This document shows, in pieces, positions 1 through 7,700 of a stretch of DNA of 14,954 nt. The notes beneath the pieces are model-generated. The model had not been told where the DNA came from, ran no database searches, and saw nothing but the letters and a program-made list of their open reading frames with translations. Numbering within the stretch: the first letter of the stretch is position 1; each line of letters starts with the position of its first letter. The DNA is from Fonticula alba ATCC 38817 (Eukaryota > Protista > Nucleariida), in the NCBI GenBank assembly GCA_000388065.2, contig KB932210.1. One strand, 5' to 3'. A program made the position numbers and the translations under genes.

Positions 1-126
1 GGGGGAATAAGCACGGGTGTGTGCGCCCCGCGCCGCGCATGCAATGGAAACTCTGCCCGCCGGGGGGACAGGCCCCGGGCCGCAGACCCCGCCCCGGCCG
101 CCCCGCCCCCCTGGACTCCGGGCACA

Positions 127-144
127 AACAACAACAACAACAAC
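127..144 (+). repeat. (AAC)6 microsatellite
   Basis: Direct reading. Confidence 0.9.
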
Positions 145-245
145 AGGACGCCACACACCGCCCCCGGGCCGGGGAAGGCGGGCGAGAAAAAGTCGCCCTC
201 CCCCGGGGGCGGCTGAATACGGGCGCACCCATGTGCACCCACAGC

Positions 246-267
246 CGCGCGCGCGCGCGCGCGCGCG
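246..267. repeat. (CG)11 dinucleotide run
   Basis: Direct reading. Confidence 0.95.
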
Positions 268-683
268 GGTTGTCCCCCGCGCACCCCGCCAGGGACAGAC
301 CGGCCCTCGCGCCCCCCCCCCCCGGCCGGCCGGGGGAACAACGGCGGCCAGGGGGCCGCGGGCGGCACAGCGCGCGAGGGCACCTGCCCACGATCGGGCC
401 GCGCGCCCGCCGACGTCCAACGCTGTTCAACGCCGCGCTCGCCCAGCGGGCAGGCCGCCTGTCCCCCCCGGCTGGGAGTCCGAGCATCTCTGCTTGTCGG
501 CCCGACGCGCGGCGCTCGCCCCCGCACGAGGCCGGGCGGCGGTCGTGCGCGTTTGACCGGCCAGCGAATCGAGGGCGGTCTCTGCCCCCGCCCCCCCCCC
601 CAGTGCCGGGGAACCACAACACAGGAGGCCGCATGGGGGGGCGCGCTCGCGGGGCGACGGCGCCTGGCCCCGCCTCCGAGACC

Positions 684-713
684 CGCGCGCGCGCGCGCGC
701 ACGCGCACACACA
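684..713. repeat. (CG)8 followed by CA/CG: 30-nt alternating pyrimidine-purine tract
   Basis: Direct reading. Confidence 0.9.
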
Positions 714-1130
714 GGCGCCGGCCGCGCAACTCCCTTGCCCCGCACCCGGCAGGGGCGTGTCCGGCCCTCGAGCCGCATCTAAATGCGCTGCGTATCACAT
801 GCACCCGGGAGGATCAGCCGGGGCGTTTAGTTTCGCTGCCGCGCAGCAGGGCATGGCGGTCTTTGACGGCGCCCGCGGGAGACCGTTGGCGGTGGCCCTT
901 CCGGTGGCAGCACCGTCTCAGCCGGCGCGATGGGCAGGCCGCATCTCGCCCCGCCCCTCCCCCCGCCGCCGCCGCCGCTGCGGACGACGACACAGAGGGC
1001 AGGCGGCTGCAAGCGCGAAAGGCCTTCCCGCACGGCCCTCCGCCCGGTGTCCGGGCGCTGTCACATTCCGAGAGTCAGCGGGCCCGAGCTAGGGCGGCGT
1101 CCGCCACACAAAGTACGACTAAAGATATTC

Positions 1131-1169
1131 CTCCCAATACTGGCCTCCTGGCTCGCTTCAACTCCCAAT
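1131..1169. promoter_or_regulatory. Paired CTCCCAAT (CCAAT-box-like) motifs in a locally AT-richer patch
   Basis: CTCCCAATAC at 1131 and CTCCCAATGT at 1162; another CCAAT at about 1559. Function is inferred only. Confidence 0.35.
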
Positions 1170-1670
1170 GTTCACCGGCCTCCGGCGCCCGGGCGGCCGG
1201 TCTGAGGCCCGGACCGCTCGCTGACGCCCGGGAGGCCACTCGCCAGGCCGACGACCGCCGGGTGCCTGCTCCCCCTCCGGCCAGGCGCCGCCCCCTCCGG
1301 GAGAATGGCACGGCAAAAGCCCGGGACCGGTCCGTGTGCGGGTCCATGCCCCCCCCCCAAGGGTGTTAGTCGTCAGGGGGGGGGGGCCCAGTTCGGCGGG
1401 CGAGAATGGTTAAGGTCCCGCGCCCCCTTCCGCGCGTTGGGGCAGACGGGACCGCGTAGACGGCTGATCCGAAGTGGGGTGTTTTCTTTTCCTCCGCCGC
1501 CCCGATTCTCTGCTGGGCTGGGGAGAACCTCTCTGTGGGAGCGGGCCCCGGCCCTGCCCCAATCAAGACCGGGCGTTGTTTGCGCGCGGCTATCGATTCA
1601 CACACACTGGCCCTTTCTTCTCCCCCCCCCCCCACCCCTCCCCTCCCCCGTGAATTGGGCCAACTCCCCC

Positions 1671-1716
1671 CTCCCCTCCTTCCCCCTCCTTCCCCCTCCT
1701 TCCCCCTCCTCCCCAG
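1671..1716 (+). other. Polypyrimidine 10-nt tandem repeat (TCCCCCTCCT x3 at 1681-1710) ending in CCCCAG; probable acceptor of an upstream SEC16 intron
   Basis: It has the same C-rich-tract-plus-CAG pattern as the frame-supported introns and ends 30 nt before the ATG. Confidence 0.5.
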
Positions 1717-1745
1717 CCACCCGCGCGCGCGTGCCGGAAATAGCC

Positions 1746-4700
1746 ATGCAATCCGCCTCGCCGGCCCTCGCCCCCCTGGTGGTGTCCCTGCCGGCGGACC
1801 AGCCGCGCACGGTGGAGCACGACGCCTACTTCGGGTCCATTGGCTACTACTGGGACCCGGCGGCCGTCAGTGACTCCGGCTCCTTCGGCGCCTATCGCAT
1901 CCACCCCACCTGGTACTCTTACTATGGCTATGCCGAGGAGTCCCCCCTGGCGGCCGGGTCGCCGAGCGCCTCCTCGCCGGACCTGGCGGCGCAGCAGCCG
2001 GCCGCCGGCCAGGAGGCCCCGGCGCCGGCCGCGGACCCGACGGCCGCCGTCTCGGCGGCCAGCCTCTTTGGCGTTGTGGACGCCGGCTTCGACTTCATAC
2101 AGCCCGCCGGCGGGCCGCCCGGCGATCCGTTTGGCGCCCCGGCAGCCGGCCCGGCCTCGAGCGGCTCGGCCGGTGCTCCAGCGGCGTCTGCCGATCCGTT
2201 CGCCGCCCCGGCACCCGGGCCTGCCGCCGCCGGCGACGTCTTTGCTGCCGGTGCCACTCCTTTTGGCTCTGCCCCGGCATCCGCGGCCGACGCCTTCACC
2301 GGGGCCGCGACGGCTGCCTCCTCAGCCAGCGACCTGTTCGCGGCCCCGGCGTCGGACTGGTTCTCGGCTCAGGCAGCCGCGGCCCCTGTCCCACAGCCAG
2401 CTCTCCAGTCTCTTCCCGAGTCTGTTGCTGAGGCTGCTGCTGAGGCTGTTCCTGAGGCTGTTGCTGCGGCTGTTCTTGAGTCTGTTGCTGAGTCTGTTGC
2501 TGAGTCTGTTGCTGAGTCTGTTGCTGAGTCTGTTGCTGAGGCTGCTCCTGAGTCCGCTCCTCAGTTCGTCACTGAGACCGCTCCTCAGTTTGTTCCTGAG
2601 ACTGTTCCTCAGTTTGTTCCTGAGGCTGCTCCTCAGTTCGTTACTGAGGTTGTTCCTGCGGCTGTCCCCGAGGCTGCTTCCGAGCCCACTCTCGAGGCCG
2701 CTCCTCAGCTCGTTCCCGAGGCCGCTGCCCAGTTCGTTCCCGAGGCCGCTGCCCAGTTCATTCCCGAGGCCGCTGCCCAGTTCGTTCCCGAGGCCGCTCC
2801 CGAGGCCGCCCTTGAGGCCCTCCCCCCGGCTGTTTCCCAGGCTGTCCACGACTCCACTCCCGCGCCACTCCCCGAGCCCGCCGACGCTGCTCCCCTCGAG
2901 AGCGCCCCCATCAAGCCGGCTGCCGAGGCCGCCCCGCACGCCGGGCCCACCGGGGATGTCGTCTCCGGCTCCCCTTCCGAGCCATTTGTCGAGCTCGGCT
3001 CCTCTTCCGCCACCGAGCCCCTCCCCGCCCCGGGGCACCCCTTCGGCGGCCTGCACCATGCCGCCGAGCCGGCGCCCGGTGCTCCCCTCACCTCGTCCGA
3101 TGAGCAGCCGGCCGCCGCCCTCTCGCCCTTTGAGATGATGCCCGCCACCGGGGCCTCGGACGGGTCGCTGCCCGATGACATTGCCCTGATGCACTCCTCC
3201 GACAGCGGGTACGACCTGTCTCTCTCCTCGCCGGATGCCCTGGTCGAGCTGTCCCTCGAGGATGATGCCCACTCCTCATACCCGGTGGAGTCCTTCTCGG
3301 ACCCCTCCTCGGCCTCGGCCTCCTCGTCGGAGTGCGCGCCCGGGCTCGGCGACGAGGCCTCCCCCCCGGCGGGGGGGCCGCCCTCCACGGCCCTGGCCAC
3401 CGAGGGCGCCACCCAGCCGGACATGTCCGACGAGCCGGGCGCCGCGCTCGGCATGTCCTCCCTGCGCTTCGTCTCGTCGGCTGTCTCGTCGCTGGCCAGC
3501 CGGACGCTGAGCGGCGCGGCCGCCGCGGCCAATACGCTCGTCGCGGCGGCCGGCGTGCCGGACGCCGACCCCCTCGACCAGCCGCCAGCTGCCTCCAGCT
3601 CGGCCAGCCTCTTCCCCGGGCACACCTTCTCCTTCGGCGATCCGGCGACCCCTGCCCCGGAGGACTCGGCCCCGGAGGACTCGGCCCTGGCCCACCATCC
3701 GGACGCCGGCCCGTCGACTTCCCAATCGACGGATGCCCTGCTGCGCGGGCTGCCGGTGTTCGGCCTGGCCGGTGATGAGGTCCCGCCCTCGGCCGGGGCC
3801 GGCCCGGACCCGGAGGAGCCTGCCGGCCCGGCCGCGGCCGCCCCTGCCCTCGACCCGGCCGTCGCCCCCGCGGCCGATGATGTGCCAGCCGGCGATGCCC
3901 CGGCCGCCACCGCCGACCAGTCGGACCTCTATGTCACCCTGGCCGCGGCATCCGGCTTCTACGAGTCCCTGGCCCGCGGCATGTCCGCCGACGAGGAGCC
4001 CCACGCCGCGGCCTCCCCGGAGGTCGCGGAGCCCGCCCACACGCCGTTCGACCCGTCGCTTGTCCCGCCCTCCCACGCCGGTGCGTCCCCCCCCCCGCTT
4101 TTTTTCTCTCGCGCGCGTCGCCTGCGACATCCAGCACCATGTCGCGCCCTGCCACCGCCCGTTCCGCACACCGATCGGCGGCCCTGACGCCAAGCCCGCT
4201 CGCTCGCTCGCTCGCCCGCCCCCCCGCCCGCCCGCCCGCCCGCCCACTCGCCCGCCCATCCACCCGCTCGCAGAGCCTGCCCCCTCGGTGGCGGCCGGCG
4301 GGCCCGGGGTCTCGTCCGACTGGTCGGCCCTCTCGCCGGATGTGACCCGCTCGCAGAGTTCCTTCTCCTTCGTCTCCCACCCGACCTGGTCGGCGGCCAC
4401 GGTCGAGACCCCGAGCGAGGTCACTCTCCCGGGCGGCGAGGGGGACCTCCATGCGATGGCGGCGCCAGTGGCGGCGCCGGCGGCAGCAGCACCGGCGGCA
4501 GTGGCATCCAGCGGCGACGCCAGCCCCTTCCTGCTCATGTCCCCGCCCGCGTCTAACTCCGCCGGGTCTGCCCCGCCGCTGCCGTCTCTGGCCGTCTCGG
4601 ACTCTGCCTCGTCCTCGTCCTCCTGGCTCCTGGCCGCCCACCCGGCAGATGACCTGGTGGCCGCCTCCTCGGCCTCCGGGCAGCTGGCCCCGGGCCCGGA

Positions 4701-7700
4701 CTCCGCGGCCGATCTCTTCGCCGGGGTTGCTGCCTCGGCCGGGGGCTTCGACTTTGCCGGCCAGCCGCCGGCCGCGGTGGCCCCCGCCGGCGACGTTCCG
4801 GCTGCCGGGGCGGCCCCCTTCGACCCCTTTTCCCAGGGGGAGGCTGCGGTGTCGCGCGAGGACTCCCTCAACCAGCTGAAGTCCGGCGAGCTGACATTGG
4901 CCCCTTCGCCGGCCGGCGACTTTGCCCACTATTTCCCGACCACCGGATCGTCCGTCGGCGGGGGACAGCTCTTCCCGCCGCAGGCCGACTTCCCGGTCGG
5001 GGGCCAGGTGGAGCAGCACCATGCTCCGGAGGATCAGGGTGTGTCTGGGCAGCACTCCATCGGTGAGCAGCAGTATGCTGCCTCGGAGCAGTATGTTGCC
5101 TCAGAGCAGTATGTTGCCTCGGAGCAGCACACTGCCCCGGAGCAGCAGTATGTTTCCTCGGAGCAGCAGTATGTTTCCTCGGAGCAGCAGTATGTTTCCT
5201 CGGAGCAGCAGTATGTTTCCTCGGAGCAGCAGTACACTGCCCCGGAGCAGCAGTATGTTGCCCCGGAGCAGCAGTATGTTCCATCCGAGCAGCACTACAC
5301 CGCCCCGGCGCAGCAGTACACTGCCCCGGAACAGCAGTACACCGCCCCGGTGCAGCAGCAAACTTCCCCGGCGCAGCAGTACACTGCCCCGGANNNNNNN
5401 NNNCAGCAGTACACCGCCCCGGTGCAGCAGCAAACTTCCCCGGCGCAGCAGTACACTGCCCCGGAGCAGCAGTACACCGCCCCGGCGCAGCAGTACACCG
5501 CCCCCATGCAGCAGCAAACTTCCCCGGAACAGCAGCACACCTCCGCAGAGCAGCACACCTCCGCAGAACAACACACCTCCACAGAGCAGCAGCAAATCTC
5601 CACACAGCAGCAGCAAACCTCCGCAGAGCAGCACACCTCCGCAGAGCAGGCCGCCCCCCCTGCCGATGCCACATCCCAGGAGCTGGTGGCCTCGGCCACG
5701 CAGTACGCATATTATTACGCATGCTCGGCCCTCCTGACCCTGCTCCAGGGCCAGGGCGTTCAGGTCCCGGCCGGGGCCGATGGCCAGCCGGATGTCTCCC
5801 TCCTGCCGGAGTACCAGCCCACCCTGCAGCAGTACTACGCCCACTACTATGGCGAGCTCATGGCCCAGTGGCTTCCGTCGGTGGCCTCGCCGGCGGAGCC
5901 CGCCGCCGCGGCCGACGCCACCGGCCCCATGGCCGACGCCTCGTCCGTGTATGCCACCCCGGCTGCGGCCGGGTATGATGGCTCCCCGGCGGTGGCATAC
6001 ACCCCGGCGGTGGCGGCCGGCCATTCCCCGGCGGCGGCCGGCTCTTCCGCCGCCCAGGCCGACCCCGGCACCTACTCGCCCCCGGTGGCCACATTCACCC
6101 CGCCGCAGCCCGGCGGCCAGTCCTACGACATGCCGGCCGTGGCCAGCCCCCTGCCGCCGGACACGCTGGTGGCCCCGTCGCCGGTGCTCGGGGTGTTCCA
6201 GCCGGGCGCCGGGACGGAGCCCGCCTCGCAGTCCATCGGGTCCGTGCACCTGCACGCGGCTGGCGCCTCGGGGGTCGGCCCGGCCGCCGGCGAAGCCCCC
6301 CCGGCCGATGCCGCCTTCGCCAGCGAGCTGGCCAGCCTGCTGCGCATGTACCCCGGGCCGCTGCTGCGCCTCGCCAAGCCGGCCGAGCATACCCTGGCCC
6401 TGGAGGCGGCCAGCCCCTCGCGGGTGGATGCCTTCCTCACGGCGCACCTGGAGGAGCTGAGCGCCTGCCGGGGCGGCGGCGGCGGCGGCGGCGGCGGCCC
6501 CGGCCCCGGCGACGAGCCCCCCGGGGCCGACCGCGCCCCGGATGACCTCGGCCCCGGGAGCAGCCTCGGCCTGCCCCAGCTGGCGGGATCGGCCTCGGCC
6601 GGGTCCTTCGGCCCGGAGCGCGCCCGGTCCGCCGCCCGCGAGGACAGCCTCTTCGCATGGCGCCTGCTCCAGGGGGTGGTGCGCCTGGCTGGCGCGGAGT
6701 TTGCCTTCGCGTCGGGCATCACGTCGGCCGATTGCCGGCAGGCCGAGCGCGGCCGGCTGGAGGCGGCGCGCGCCGCGCAGGCCGCCCAGCTCCTGGGCCT
6801 GGTCACCGGCCACGCCCGGACCAGCCCCACCTCCTACTATGTGTCGACCGTGGCCCGGAGCACCGCCACCACCGCCACCAACGGCGGCGGCGCCGGCAGC
6901 GGCGGGACCCTTTCCGGCGTGGTGTCGCCGCTGGCCTCGGCCGTGGCCAACGGCCTGGAGGGCGCCGGGCCGGCCGTCGGCCGGCCCCTCGGCGACCGCG
7001 AGCGTCGTGCGGTGGCCGGGCTGTCGGACCTGCTGGCCGAGACGCTGCTCGAGCTGTCGGCCCAGGCGGAGGGCGCGGCCGGCGGCACGGCCACGGCCAC
7101 CGGGCCCGGCGGCGCCAGTGCCGCCAACACCGCCGCCAGCCTGGCCGGGCTGTCGCACTCCTCGGAGCTGGCCCTGCCGGCCACGGCCACCGGGCATGCG
7201 GCCGACTCGGAGGTCGGCCAGCTGGCCGGTCGGGTGGTGGCATCCCTCCGGCGGGCGGCGGCCACCGGCCGGCCCGGCGCCCCGGGGCCCGGCTCGGTCC
7301 TCGGGCGCCTGGCGCAGGAGGCCGCCCAGCGGGGCCTTTGGGCCTTCTCCCTGGTCCTGGGGTTCGTGGCGCACGACGCGGCCAGCAGCCTGCACCTGGC
7401 CGCCGGGGCGCCGGATCGCCCGGAGACCCCGGCCCTGCACCGGGCCTACCTGGAGGCGGCCCTGCCGGCCGGCGATCCGCTGCGCACCGCGCTGGACCTC
7501 TGCCTGCTGGCCCTCGGGCCCGGGGCCGCCGGCGAGGCCCTGGCCACCGGCGATGTGCCCGGCCCGGGCGATGCGCCTGCCGCGGCCTCCCCCCCGCTGC
7601 GGTCGGCCCTGCTGGGCCTTTGCCTGGCCCACTGGCGCGATGTGCTGGCCCTGCTGGCGTCGCTGCTGTTCACGGCCGGCGGCCTGCCCGGCCAGCGGGC

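Noticed and set aside
1080-1180. AT-richer patch as a small RNA gene
   Set aside because: I could not recognise a tRNA cloverleaf, Sm site, C/D or H/ACA boxes, or a Pol III terminator arrangement.
1305-1745. N-terminal extension of SEC16 from the ORF-track start at 1305, and the 3733 start of the second ORF
   Set aside because: 1305-1745 translates pyrimidine tracts without codon bias. The 3733 start lies inside exon 1 in a different frame.
4087-4105. Programmed frameshift at C10/T7 linking the two large ORFs
   Set aside because: A canonical, phase-compatible GT-AG intron with a donor identical to another intron in the window explains the frame change more simply.
5065-5649. CRISPR array or RNA polymerase II CTD interpretation of the 21-nt repeats
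   Set aside because: There are no unique spacers and the repeats are in-frame coding sequence in a eukaryotic gene. The heptad differs from YSPTSPS and lies internally in a protein with Sec16 motifs.
5034-5699. Cys-rich antisense ORFs (MYCCSEETYCC..., AVYCCAG...) resembling metallothionein or keratin-associated proteins
   Set aside because: TGC TGC is the reverse complement of the sense-strand GCAGCA in the CAG CAG (Gln-Gln) codons; these ORFs are fully explained by the Sec16 repeat.
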